Origin: a virus
Lineage: Duplodnaviria > Caudoviricetes
Virus record (IMG/VR): IMGVR_UViG_3300045741_000433
Location: 1-63,120 of that record
DNA: 63,120 bases
Strand: one strand, 5' to 3'
The notes under the pieces: model-generated
Databases searched by the model: none
What the model saw: only the letters and a program-made list of their open reading frames with translations
Told to the model about the DNA's origin: nothing
Made by a program: the position numbers and the translations under genes
Shown here: piece by piece, positions 10,976-20,696 of the stretch
How the letters are laid out: each line of letters opens with the position of its first letter
Numbering within the stretch: the first letter of the stretch is position 1

Positions 10976-11065
10976 TGGCGGAGAGTACAGGATTCGAACC
11001 TGTGGAGGTTTTTACGCCTCAAGAGTTTAGCAAACTCTCACCATAGACCACTCGGACAACTCTCC
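10976..11065 (-). tRNA. tRNA-Ser(GCT)
   Basis: Loop TTGCTAA, long V arm, GCCA. Confidence 0.93.
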
Positions 11066-11088
11066 GTGTTAGCATGTAATATATCTTG

Positions 11089-12177
11089 TTATGCCTTGAT
11101 TTTATCAAGAACCGATGGAATTGCCTCAACCAATTCATTAAAATTTTTATAGGCCGGATATTGTTTCATAATTTTTTCCAGATGCACAAAATAAACTCTA
11201 GTAATATCCATATTGAATCTATGAGATTGCCCTGCCGCATCTAAAATTGGCTTTAAATACTTTCCATATCGAACTAGCCCAGCTTCCAATCCATAATCTT
11301 TTAGATAGTGGAAAGCAATATAGAGATGTCCAAAATGATTAAACCTTTTTAAATCTAGATACCCGCTCTCAAAAGCAAAGACAGCTTCATCTGGAATGTA
11401 AGGAAGATTCTTTTTAAATTCTCCTTTGATAATTTGAGCATCGATATACTTAACCAATTGCTGACGCAACTCATTAGACATAGTATATTCTTTCATATGT
11501 TCTTTGCCGCGTTGCTGAAGTAGTTCATCCACCTCTGCAATATGGCGAGCTGGAAGAGCCATACGGCCACAGATGCAATCTGTTTCACAACTCTTATCGA
11601 TAGCTTGCTGAGGAACTTTCAAATACTCAGAGATTTTTAGAATCTCACTCTTCCATAAATGAATGATTGGTTGAAGACTAACTGCCATAGATGCATTGCT
11701 ATAATTATAAAGTTCCTCTTCTGTACGGTTTCTAGTGCCCACCACCCAGTATTGATCCTCAGGCAGTCGCATCATACGTTTCTTATCATTAGAAACGACA
11801 GATAAATCCATTAGGTATCCCCAACGTAATCCATCACAACGCCAATCAATTGAAGTATCTACTATAATATCCGCGCCAGGAGCCTGCTCTTTAAGCCAAG
11901 GAATAACATTATCTTTAAACCAAAGATGAGTTTTTGCCTCAGGATGATCATATAAAAAATCTTCTGACGGAGCAAAATGAACTCCAAAAACACGATTAGA
12001 CTTACCAGCTTTTTCACATGCTTTAAATGCCGCAAGAAAAACAACTAAAGAATCAGTTCCGCTTAATCCAACAAGAAAACCTGGAGCACCTTGCTGAAGC
12101 TTATCATAAAACCATTGAGCCAATGCATCAAAAGTGGTTGCGGCGTCAATACTTCGAGGAATATCTAATGTCTTCAT
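11089..12177 (-). CDS. NAD synthetase (NadE)-like protein with extra C-terminal domain
   Basis: GLSGTDS PP-loop, VVGTRNRTE, PIIHLWKSEI. Confidence 0.75.
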   Translation of the reverse strand: MKTLDIPRSIDAATTFDALAQWFYDKLQQGAPGFLVGLSGTDSLVVFLAAFKACEKAGKSNRVFGVHFAPSEDFLYDHPEAKTHLWFKDNVIPWLKEQAPGADIIVDTSIDWRCDGLRWGYLMDLSVVSNDKKRMMRLPEDQYWVVGTRNRTEEELYNYSNASMAVSLQPIIHLWKSEILKISEYLKVPQQAIDKSCETDCICGRMALPARHIAEVDELLQQRGKEHMKEYTMSNELRQQLVKYIDAQIIKGEFKKNLPYIPDEAVFAFESGYLDLKRFNHFGHLYIAFHYLKDYGLEAGLVRYGKYLKPILDAAGQSHRFNMDITRVYFVHLEKIMKQYPAYKNFNELVEAIPSVLDKIKA

Positions 12178-13115
12178 TGTATTTCAATATTAAGCAGTTC
12201 GTCTGTCAAACCCTGTAATAACTCAAAATTCTCTACCTGATTTTTATATTCTTCTGGAATGCCTTCTAAACCGTAATAGGTGCCAGCTAAAGCCCCTACA
12301 ATGGCCGCAGTAGTATCAGTATCCCCACCAGCCCTAACTGCCATTACAACAGCCTCCTGGAAGCTCCTGGTGGCACTAAAACAAAATAATGCTGCTCCAA
12401 CAGTCTCTGGTACATAACCGCTAACACCAATCTCCGCAAAAGCATAAGATGATACATCAGCTATAGGCGTGTGCCTTTCTGCCCATTTTGAAGCTAATTC
12501 TAATTTAGTTTTAATAATAGAATCAGGAATAATATCAAGTATATCTTCTGGTAAACTTTTTGGCGAACTAACTCCAGTTGCTAACAATGCTGTAGTTATA
12601 GCTACTACAACAGAGCCTATCTTTGGCTCCATTGAGTTATGAGTAATACTTGCATCTTTTATAGCACACTCCATCAATTTAGTCAAGTCATGTCTATAAA
12701 CCAAACCAATAGGCGATGCTCTCATTGCTGTACCATTACCACCAGCAGGTAATCCGTCATAGCCTACAATCAAACCGCTTTCTTTATAATTAGCACCTAA
12801 TTTTAAATTAACCATAGCGCTTGCAGTAGTTGTTCCAATGCCTCTAGTATTTCCAGTATCATACCAAGCTAAATATTCTTTGGCAACATCATCTGGATCA
12901 AATCCATTACATTGTAATAAACTTTTAGATAGTGCAATACTCATAAGAGTATCATCGGTATATTGTCCGGCTTCACCTTTCCAAAATGTTCCGCCAGCTT
13001 TGAATTGTCCATCCCATTCTTTAAGTAATGGACTAATGGCTGGTTTCATTTCGAAAGGGTTGCCAAGCGCATCACCAATTGCGCAACCTACTAATGTAGC
13101 AATTGTTTTAGACAT
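12174..13115 (-). CDS. ADP-ribosylglycohydrolase (DraG/ARH family)
   Basis: GDALG, YTDDT, GNGTAMR, GGDTDT. Confidence 0.93.
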   Translation of the reverse strand: MSKTIATLVGCAIGDALGNPFEMKPAISPLLKEWDGQFKAGGTFWKGEAGQYTDDTLMSIALSKSLLQCNGFDPDDVAKEYLAWYDTGNTRGIGTTTASAMVNLKLGANYKESGLIVGYDGLPAGGNGTAMRASPIGLVYRHDLTKLMECAIKDASITHNSMEPKIGSVVVAITTALLATGVSSPKSLPEDILDIIPDSIIKTKLELASKWAERHTPIADVSSYAFAEIGVSGYVPETVGAALFCFSATRSFQEAVVMAVRAGGDTDTTAAIVGALAGTYYGLEGIPEEYKNQVENFELLQGLTDELLNIEIQ

Positions 13116-13139
13116 ATATTACCTTTTAATAAAAAATAC

Positions 13140-13230
13140 TGGAGGAAGTGGAGGGATTCGAACCCCCGGAGGCTTTTTAGACCCCTTTCGTTTTCAAGAC
13201 GAACCGTTTAAACCGCTCACGCACACTTCC
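13140..13230 (-). tRNA. tRNA-Ser(TGA)
   Basis: Loop CTTGAAA, long V arm. Confidence 0.93.
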
Positions 13231-13444
13231 CTAATTAAATCTCTCTTGCTAACCTATATTGCTCTTCTTTTAACTTTTCAATTTCTTTCTTACCAAGATC
13301 ACAAACTACATCTGATTCATATGTTTTTAAAATATCTTTAATTTCTTTTGCTCTAGTTTTCTTATTATCAATATTATTTGATGAGTAATCTAAAAAACCA
13401 AACATATTATTATCTAAACATAGGAAACACATTTTAATTTACCT

Positions 13445-13532
13445 TGGAGGAAATAGAGGGATTCGAACCCCCGGAGGCTTTCACCCCTCTTGTTTTCTAG
13501 ACAAGTACCATAAACCACTCGGTCATACTTCC
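13445..13532 (-). tRNA. tRNA-Ser(AGA), A34
   Basis: CTTGT-CTAGAAA-ACAAG, long V arm, CCA. Confidence 0.88.
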
Positions 13533-13540
13533 TTAAAAGC

Positions 13541-13616
13541 TGGAGTCGCGAGTCCGAATCGAACGGACAATCAACCGGGTTGCAGCCGGTGCCATTAGCC
13601 ATTTTGGTACCGCGAC
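13541..13616 (-). tRNA. tRNA-Cys(GCA)
   Basis: ACCGG-CTGCAAC-CCGGT, U73. Confidence 0.92.
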
Positions 13617-13848
13617 TTAATGTATCATATATATCGTGTTATTGACAGTTTAAATAAAAGCTTTCAATCTTATAATTCTTAACATTTCTTCTTCAGTATA
13701 CCATATTTTATTATAACGATATTTATTACCATGAGCTATCGTCTCAATTCTATAAATTGAATCAGTTCCTATATGCAATTCATATGAGTCTATAATTGAT
13801 GGGCCCGATATTCGGTTACCAGTAGCTTCCCAAAATTTTCTAATCTCT

Positions 13849-14382
13849 TCATTCATGTAATTTCTTGTCAGCCAAACTAAAATTATTAAATCTTTTATCT
13901 TTAGTTACTTCCTTTATAACTTTAAGAAACGGAGGAAGCTCTATCGTATCATTCTTATCTTCTAATTCAATCTCTAATATTGCCAAACCTTTTAAAGGTC
14001 CTTTGAATACGTCTAATTCAAATATCTGATCATTATATTTAAAAACAAATCTAGTTTTATCAATAGCGATTTTATTAGGATTACTTTTCTTTAATGAATT
14101 TTCGTATTCAGTTTTGTTAATTTCGTGTTCAGTTTCTTCATGAACACCAGAATCTACTGGCTTCTTTTGATTATAGTGATAGACAGTAGTTGTATCTCCA
14201 GTTAAACCCTCAACAGTTTTTCTAACTCTTGCTGCCTGTTCGCCCTCTTCTGCTTTAAGATAAGTTTGAGAAATTCTTTTTACATCAACCAAATCATCAA
14301 ACATTTCAGATAATGCTGACCATGAAGATGGAAATTTAACCAGGAATTTTCTTTCAATTTCCAAATGAGTACTCATTTCCAA
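13849..14382 (-). CDS. CYTH-domain protein
   Basis: EIERKFLV, ELDVF, EIEL. Confidence 0.9.
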   Translation of the reverse strand: MEMSTHLEIERKFLVKFPSSWSALSEMFDDLVDVKRISQTYLKAEEGEQAARVRKTVEGLTGDTTTVYHYNQKKPVDSGVHEETEHEINKTEYENSLKKSNPNKIAIDKTRFVFKYNDQIFELDVFKGPLKGLAILEIELEDKNDTIELPPFLKVIKEVTKDKRFNNFSLADKKLHE

Positions 14383-14933
14383 TGATTACCTTTCACAATA
14401 TCAAATATTGTTGTTATCGCTACAGCATATTTTTTTGATAAGAAAGTCATTGCCCCATATTTACTTCCAGTTTTGGGGTTTTTATATTTAAGATATTCAT
14501 CTCTAATTTGAATAACTTGCCAGGTTTCTAATACTGAATTAGAATTGCCTTCACCTTTACGGTCACGAGACATTTTATTTTTAGTTTTTAAAGAATGTTT
14601 TGTTCCTTTTCTATTATTAGAAAACTCTAAAATATTATAACCATTTTTTAAACTATCAAATTTATACATAAAAAAATTTTCCCAATAATCAGCCATCTCT
14701 TGAGTATGGCAAATGGTTAGTAGTTCTATTCTAAAATTTTGTTTACCATATTTATTAATAGCCCTTCGAAGTTTTTTACAATGATTAGCTGTGCTATTTT
14801 GCAAATGAGTTTGAAATCTACGAACAATTGAACGCCAAGTTTGACCAACATAGACTTTTTTATTTATAGAATTTTTAACTATATAAATTGAACAAATACA
14901 TGGGCTAGCAATATCATATAAAGGACGTTTCAT
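14373..14933 (-). CDS. GIY-YIG homing endonuclease
   Basis: SIYIVKN...VYVGQT, KGTKHS NUMOD3. Confidence 0.85.
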   Translation of the reverse strand: MKRPLYDIASPCICSIYIVKNSINKKVYVGQTWRSIVRRFQTHLQNSTANHCKKLRRAINKYGKQNFRIELLTICHTQEMADYWENFFMYKFDSLKNGYNILEFSNNRKGTKHSLKTKNKMSRDRKGEGNSNSVLETWQVIQIRDEYLKYKNPKTGSKYGAMTFLSKKYAVAITTIFDIVKGNHWK

Positions 14934-14967
14934 ATAGCATATGAAGTATTATACATAGAATTTTCTC

Positions 14968-16251
14968 TCAATCAAATTTTCGTTCAATTCCATCGGTTGA
15001 TTTAGATAAATCAAAATTATCATCAATAAATTTGATTACATCATAAGGATGCATACTTCTATTAAAAACTATATTTGGTCCATGATTATCTAGATAAACA
15101 CACTTAATGCCGGGCACTTCTTCTTTAAGTCCCTGACTTGTATTCTGACCACATTCATGACTACCACATTCAAAATATCTTTGAGATCTTACAGATAATT
15201 TACTTCCTGGTTTTGGTGGGCAGTGAAAATGAACTATGCAGTCTGTATCGGGGTGATCTTTGAAAACAATTCTTTGAGATTGCCCGCCAACAGAAGGCTT
15301 AGCTCCATAAGCAATAACAGAATTCTTATCTTCAGCCCTACAAAAAACCATTCCCACTTCATTTAATTTATTAAAATTAACTTTACGCTTTGAAGTAATG
15401 AAGTCTGTATTATTTACTTTAACTGCGAAGTGCCCAACCGTTGCACCATTAAATGGTTTATAAGCACCAGCTTTAATGCAATGATCAACAACAACTCTTA
15501 AGGATGATGGTATGAGATGAGAATTCCATGGAATTGAATCACCTTCTACAACAGTTGAGCGAGTAAAGTTTGAATCAGCTCTTGCTAAAGCCATTTTAGC
15601 TAAAGCATTAAGAACCTCATTTCTATCAGTAGAAACATTGTATCTTGCTTGTTCTGGAGTTATAATCATATTGATACGAGTTTTTGTATCATTAGCCAAA
15701 ACAAGGTTGCATGAAGAAGATTTGAGTAAGTGCAGCCCAGTTAAAAACTGCTCATCTTCAGTTGCCCCACAAGTTGTCTTGAACCCAACTAAAAATATAT
15801 CCTTACGCTCTCTTCGAATTTTAGAAATTATTTTATCGGCTGGCCATAAAAGCAACTGCTGATCCCCAGCAGAAGTTTTTAAACGCGTTTCATACTTACC
15901 GCTCTTGGTTAAATTAGAAGATGGCGCATCAAAACTAAAACCTTGTTCTTCATCTTCAATTACAGCCGCGTTAAAATCAACTAAAGCCGGATTAAAGAAA
16001 ATAATTTTAGTATTAGGATCAACAATTAATTCATCAACTAATTTAGAAATATCTTCATTAGTTTCTAGATAACCTTGACCACCATTAGCCATTTTAGTTA
16101 AATGTAAATTGATATTATAATGATCTGCTCCTTCTTCAAAACAATTGCCAAATAAATATCTAGCAGTATTGCCATATGCCGGAGCAGTTAAAGCAAGATG
16201 ATTGCGCACATGAAATAATGTGCCACCACCAATAATATCAATATTTTTCAT
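14968..16251 (-). CDS. CoaB (PPC synthetase)-like domain fused to class II aldolase/adducin domain
   Basis: GGGT, LVGFKT, NLVLAND; C-terminal KPS...CIVHFH. Confidence 0.7.
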   Translation of the reverse strand: MKNIDIIGGGTLFHVRNHLALTAPAYGNTARYLFGNCFEEGADHYNINLHLTKMANGGQGYLETNEDISKLVDELIVDPNTKIIFFNPALVDFNAAVIEDEEQGFSFDAPSSNLTKSGKYETRLKTSAGDQQLLLWPADKIISKIRRERKDIFLVGFKTTCGATEDEQFLTGLHLLKSSSCNLVLANDTKTRINMIITPEQARYNVSTDRNEVLNALAKMALARADSNFTRSTVVEGDSIPWNSHLIPSSLRVVVDHCIKAGAYKPFNGATVGHFAVKVNNTDFITSKRKVNFNKLNEVGMVFCRAEDKNSVIAYGAKPSVGGQSQRIVFKDHPDTDCIVHFHCPPKPGSKLSVRSQRYFECGSHECGQNTSQGLKEEVPGIKCVYLDNHGPNIVFNRSMHPYDVIKFIDDNFDLSKSTDGIERKFD

Positions 16252-16640
16252 AACTTACCTATATTTAACAATAAGGATTACATCTACAAGAATAACATAT
16301 TAATGAGCCATCTAGTTGATTTGGTTCAGAAAATTCATAATAATTATGACATTTAGTACAAGCCAAACCATTTGGATGGGCAGTAACTGCATGATTAAAA
16401 ATAAAATCTTCAATACGATCCGCCAACCAATTTAAATTAATATTGGCGTGTCTTTCTTGAATTACCCAGGATAGATAGCCCTGAGTGTTTTCCAAACCAT
16501 CTTCATTATAGTCTGCTACAGTAAAGCCTGTAGTATGATCCTGGGCCCATTCTTTAATTAATTGCTCTATTAGGTGTCTCTTCTTAGAAACCATAACTAC
16601 CTCGCACTGCGGTTAGATTACAACTAACCTTGATACGATA

Positions 16641-16988
16641 TTATTGGTTTGAATCAAATACATCAACAGAAGCTGCTGTAACAGTAGAATCAGTAGCTGG
16701 ATCAACCTTCTTAACTCTCTTTACTTTAACAACTTTAGCTGGACGAGTTCCCTTAACAAGGCCACCCTTTTTGCCACGAGTTACATATGCAATATTAGTT
16801 TCATGGGCAAAGTGATTAACAAAGCCTAAAACTCTCTTTGGCTCCATACCAACAACATTACCAACATTAACTGCAAGATCCTTTAGCTGAGTGCGCTCGC
16901 CGGCACTCATCTTTTCAAGAATACTTTCGGCCGCTTCAAAAATTTTTTGAGCTGTTTCGGTCATTGATTTAACATTTGATTTATTCAT
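16641..16988 (-). CDS. Small basic winged-helix-like protein
   Basis: VTRGKKGG wing; paralogous to 50095-50469. Confidence 0.55.
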   Translation of the reverse strand: MNKSNVKSMTETAQKIFEAAESILEKMSAGERTQLKDLAVNVGNVVGMEPKRVLGFVNHFAHETNIAYVTRGKKGGLVKGTRPAKVVKVKRVKKVDPATDSTVTAASVDVFDSNQ

Positions 16989-17390
16989 AATAGTTTCTCC
17001 GTAATTTATTTACTAAAAAATTAGAGGCGTACCTCTTTAGACAACAGATATCATAATCATAATTTATATCGTGTCAAGCGAGGGCTTAAATTAAAACATT
17101 AATAATCATCGTCCAAATAATGCGGTTGCTTACCAGCAGGTTGCCAGCCCTGTAACCACATGTTATAAAACGCTTCAATTTTTACATATTTTTCGCCTTC
17201 TATTAGATAATTAACTGAACCATAAAACGAGCCCGTTTTATGATCACAACTAATGGTTGCGCAAATAACATTAGCAATAAGCGTCTTTTTCTTTTTAATT
17301 TTTAATTGAATAGGCTTATTCGTAACAATAGCCGCAGCCAATGCATATGTATCATCCATTGCCATAATAATCCTCAATAAAATAAAAATA

Positions 17391-17881
17391 GAGAAAGCAG
17401 TCAATAAGCGGAGTCCTGTCTATAAAACGAGGCAATCATTAATCTACGCAATTAGTTACCTAATTGCTTTAGCGCTAACCCGTAAGCATCGACCACACAA
17501 GTCTCAATCGCTTACTATTTAGCTTGCAGCACCCAGGGTTTGCCTTGCCATATTTGTCTCCAAACATGCGGTAAGCTCTTACCTCACCATTTCACCCTTA
17601 CCATATAAATTGAGTCTCTTGCCGTTCCGATCGTCTTGGCGAGTTGATAACAACGGGATGCCTATACCCTATACGTTATCTTGCGTTTTTTCCCGAGACC
17701 CAACAGGGGGATAAAATGGGCCTACCCCTTACCACGCTGGTCTTTAATTTATATGGCGGTTTCTTTTCTGTTGCACTTTCCGTCACCTCACGGTGCCTGG
17801 ACGTTATCCAGTGGGTTGTGTTTTGCTGCTCCGACTTTCCTCGATAAGTTTCCTTATCGCGATTACCTAGACTACTTTCTC
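17391..17881 (-). ncRNA. rnpB: RNase P RNA (bacterial type A) with expanded P12
   Basis: GAGGAAAGTCGGAG, GGAAAGTGCAACAGAAA, GGGTGAAA, GGCAAACCC, ACAGGACTCCGCTTAT; P1 end pairing; compensatory changes in P4. Confidence 0.93.
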
Positions 17882-17895
17882 TAAATTTAAACTAA

Positions 17896-18157
17896 TAGAA
17901 TACGCAAACAGTTTCCAGAAAAGCTGGTTTGAGAAGTGCTAACCTTTAAGTGCTCATTGCTGAGTGCTTAGTGCTTACTGCTAACGATGCTATAACTGCT
18001 AACTGCTAACCAGCTTTTTAATCGCTGGTGTATTATCATTATCGAAAGCGGGTAATGTCCTTTAGGGACGCTCGGTTATTATCAATTAATTACCCGAAGG
18101 TAATTGCCCTATGACTGAGGGATTCCAACTTTAACTGTACGCGATTTGCGTATTCTA
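17896..18157 (-). ncRNA. Structured ncRNA with a loop of nine AGCA repeats
   Basis: 13-bp terminal inverted repeat; cUUCGg hairpin; AAAAGCTGGTT/AACCAGCTTTT helix closing about 7-nt periodic repeats. Confidence 0.75.
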
Positions 18158-18181
18158 GTCCTTTGCCCAATGGGCTAAACT

Positions 18182-18691
18182 TTATACAAGTACAGTATGA
18201 TTCATATCTTCTACGGCATTATTTAATGCTTCAAAAGTATCTTGAATCTCTTTGACTTGACTATCTCTCTGTTTTTCAGAAAGATCAGAAACAAACTGAA
18301 CTTCAGTAACGCGATGAACGTGCTTCATTTCAACGTCATCCCATTCTTGATTTCTTTCCTTTACAGTCTCACTACGTAAATGAAGACCCTTTAGAAAAGC
18401 AATCTGTCCCTTAAGCTCTTGGAGCATACGAACAGCTCTTGCCAACAAAAGATTCTCACCTTTAAACGGAACATATGCAGTTGCATTTGCAACAGCAATA
18501 CGACTCTCTAATTTTACCATTTCTAATTGAGCATTAGTTAATGCTTCAAATGAATCTTGAAATCTAAAGTTAGGAACCTTGGTAGATTCATAACTGACAC
18601 CAAGTTGGCAGCGCTGAGTATTTTCAGCAATCTGTCCTTTTAATTTCTTAACTCTACGCAATGCTTGTGCAATCGTCATTTTTTCAGACAT
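18182..18691 (-). CDS. DIP1984-like coiled-coil protein
   Basis: MTIAQALRRVKKLKGQI...LNNAVEDMNHTVLV; GAGGA RBS before ATG at 18691; family assigned from memory. Confidence 0.6.
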   Translation of the reverse strand: MSEKMTIAQALRRVKKLKGQIAENTQRCQLGVSYESTKVPNFRFQDSFEALTNAQLEMVKLESRIAVANATAYVPFKGENLLLARAVRMLQELKGQIAFLKGLHLRSETVKERNQEWDDVEMKHVHRVTEVQFVSDLSEKQRDSQVKEIQDTFEALNNAVEDMNHTVLV

Positions 18692-18714
18692 GTTTGTTTC
18701 CTCTTGTGGGCAAT

Positions 18715-18742
18715 AATATAACCAGCCATAACCGCTTGTCAA
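18715..18742 (-). promoter_or_regulatory. sigma70-like promoter of the DIP1984-ncRNA-rnpB unit
   Basis: TTGACA-N16-TATATT. Confidence 0.6.
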
Positions 18743-18802
18743 GGTCTGACTATTTTAAAAATGGAGTGTGACCCGATTTTCACATCGAGTCACACTTTTA
18801 AT

Positions 18803-19543
18803 TTACTTACAAGAAGCGCAATCTCCAAGCTTATCTCCGTGCATTAAATGAGCATTAACTGCTGCATTATCTACACAAATATCGTGCTTGTTACTTACGT
18901 TTCCAGGAGGAAAATGACATACTAATGTTTTACCTGGATCACAATCATGGCCAGCATCTTTATCTCCACCATTGCAAACACAAGTTCCATCTTTACATAC
19001 TTTACCTTCTGGACAAACTACTCCAGAACATTTATCAACACAAACGCCCTCTTTACATACTGTTCCACATGGACAAACTATATTAGCACATGGGTCTACA
19101 GTGCCACAAGTTCCATCATGACATACTTGCCCTTCTGGACACACTACGCCTTTACAAGGATCTGGTGTAACACAAGTTCCATCAACGCATACTTCGCCAC
19201 TTGGGCAAGTTACACCTTGACATGGATCTGGTGTAACACAAACTCCAGATACACAAACTTGCCCTCCTGGACAATCTACATTAGAACATGGATCAGTATT
19301 ACCATCTCCATCAGAACCAGCATCAACACTACCGCTAGAACTTCCACCACTTGAGCTACTGCTAGAAGAGCTTGAACTACTTCCACCAGAACTACTTGAG
19401 CTACTAACGCTTCCATCTACCACACCAGATGATGAGGTGCTACCAGCATTATCTGGAAACTCTACAACTTGTGAGCCACATCCGTAAGCAGCAATAGCTA
19501 CTAATAGTGTTGAACCAACAATAATTAATCTATTGTATTTCAT
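18803..19543 (-). CDS. Cys-rich repeat lipoprotein (myxobacterial style)
   Basis: Lipobox AYGC, Ser/Gly linker, DPCxxVxCPxGxVC repeats, VCHFPPGN. Confidence 0.75.
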   Translation of the reverse strand: MKYNRLIIVGSTLLVAIAAYGCGSQVVEFPDNAGSTSSSGVVDGSVSSSSSSGGSSSSSSSSSSSGGSSSGSVDAGSDGDGNTDPCSNVDCPGGQVCVSGVCVTPDPCQGVTCPSGEVCVDGTCVTPDPCKGVVCPEGQVCHDGTCGTVDPCANIVCPCGTVCKEGVCVDKCSGVVCPEGKVCKDGTCVCNGGDKDAGHDCDPGKTLVCHFPPGNVSNKHDICVDNAAVNAHLMHGDKLGDCASCK

Positions 19544-20595
19544 TACTTAACCTCTTTTACGATAACAAAATTAACTACAAACTCGGCTCTTCTATTAAGA
19601 ACTCGACCAGCAGCAGTTTTATTAGTTGCTACTGGAACAGTTGAACCAAATCCAACTGCACTTAACTTTTCTTTTGGAACACCATGTGCTGCCAAGAAAT
19701 CAACAACTGCTTGTGCTCTCTTTTTTGATAGCGCATCATTGTGTTTTACTTGACCTTCAGATGAGGCGTGGCCTTCAACTCTAATAGATTTGAAATCATT
19801 TGAAGATGTAATCTTCTTAACAACTTCATCTAATTGAGCTGTTGCTGTCTTATCTAAAACTGGAGAGTCCCAAGCAAACTGTACGGTTTGTTTTAACTCA
19901 ACATCAACCAATGCCTTTTTTGGTGGAGGAAGTGTTTGTTGTTGAAATGGTAAGATTGGTGGTTCAGCTGGCTTTTCAACAGGCTTTGGCTCTTGTTTAG
20001 CAACTGGTTCCATTTTTTTAACTTTGGCGCCCAATTCAAAACTCAATCCAAGAATTAAAGTTTTAGAATCATTAGTATTGACTCCGACCTTACCATCATC
20101 TTGATGAACATCTTCATATCTTACGAATGGGCCAACCCAAAGATTTCTTGCATCACTAGTTGGAACTGACGCTCCAGCTGCAACTGCCCAACCAAAACGA
20201 TCTAAACCGCCAGTGTACACATATTGCAAATCAGCATCTACCCATGGTGATACGGCAGTAAAACCACTGCCAGTATTCTTTTCATCATGAGGCCTTTTAA
20301 CACGAGCAAATCCTCCCATGGTCCACATAGTTGGAGCGGATGTTACTGAACCAGTTGATGGAAATGCTATAACTGATGCGCTTGGACCTAAACTAAAATA
20401 AGATCCTAAACCTATTTCTGGTTTAACTGCTAATGCTCCACCAATACCAAAACGTTGGGCTTGAGGATCAGTTAACGGAATTGCCACACCTGGCTCAACT
20501 CTCAATGTAACTTCTTGTGCTTTTGCAAAACTTGATAATGACAACATTGCCATTGCAAATAATACTGCACTAATTACTTTAAAATTTTTTAACAT
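19543..20595 (-). CDS. OmpA-family outer-membrane protein
   Basis: Signal peptide, beta-barrel region, VEGHAS...LSKKRA...NRRAEF. Confidence 0.9.
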   Translation of the reverse strand: MLKNFKVISAVLFAMAMLSLSSFAKAQEVTLRVEPGVAIPLTDPQAQRFGIGGALAVKPEIGLGSYFSLGPSASVIAFPSTGSVTSAPTMWTMGGFARVKRPHDEKNTGSGFTAVSPWVDADLQYVYTGGLDRFGWAVAAGASVPTSDARNLWVGPFVRYEDVHQDDGKVGVNTNDSKTLILGLSFELGAKVKKMEPVAKQEPKPVEKPAEPPILPFQQQTLPPPKKALVDVELKQTVQFAWDSPVLDKTATAQLDEVVKKITSSNDFKSIRVEGHASSEGQVKHNDALSKKRAQAVVDFLAAHGVPKEKLSAVGFGSTVPVATNKTAAGRVLNRRAEFVVNFVIVKEVK

Positions 20596-20696
20596 ATTAA
20601 TCTTTCCTTTTAAGAATTAGAATAGAACGGTACCATTAGGTTCCGACCACTCAACTAATATGTCATGACATATTAAAAATTAAATATTAAAAATTA

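Noticed and set aside
12838-13602. ORFs 12838-13341 and 13414-13602
   Set aside because: Shadow frames over DraG and the Ser and Cys tRNAs.
17644-17884. Two short plus-strand ORFs
   Set aside because: They are antisense to the RNase P RNA.
17930-18010. AGCA repeats as a CRISPR array or microsatellite
   Set aside because: The period is about 7 nt with no spacers and no cas genes. Only the 4-nt core is conserved, and it lies inside a closed RNA helix.
18947-19354. Plus-strand ORF, and similar antisense ORFs at 6038, 36056, 58101 and 59839
   Set aside because: Antisense shadows of well-supported genes.
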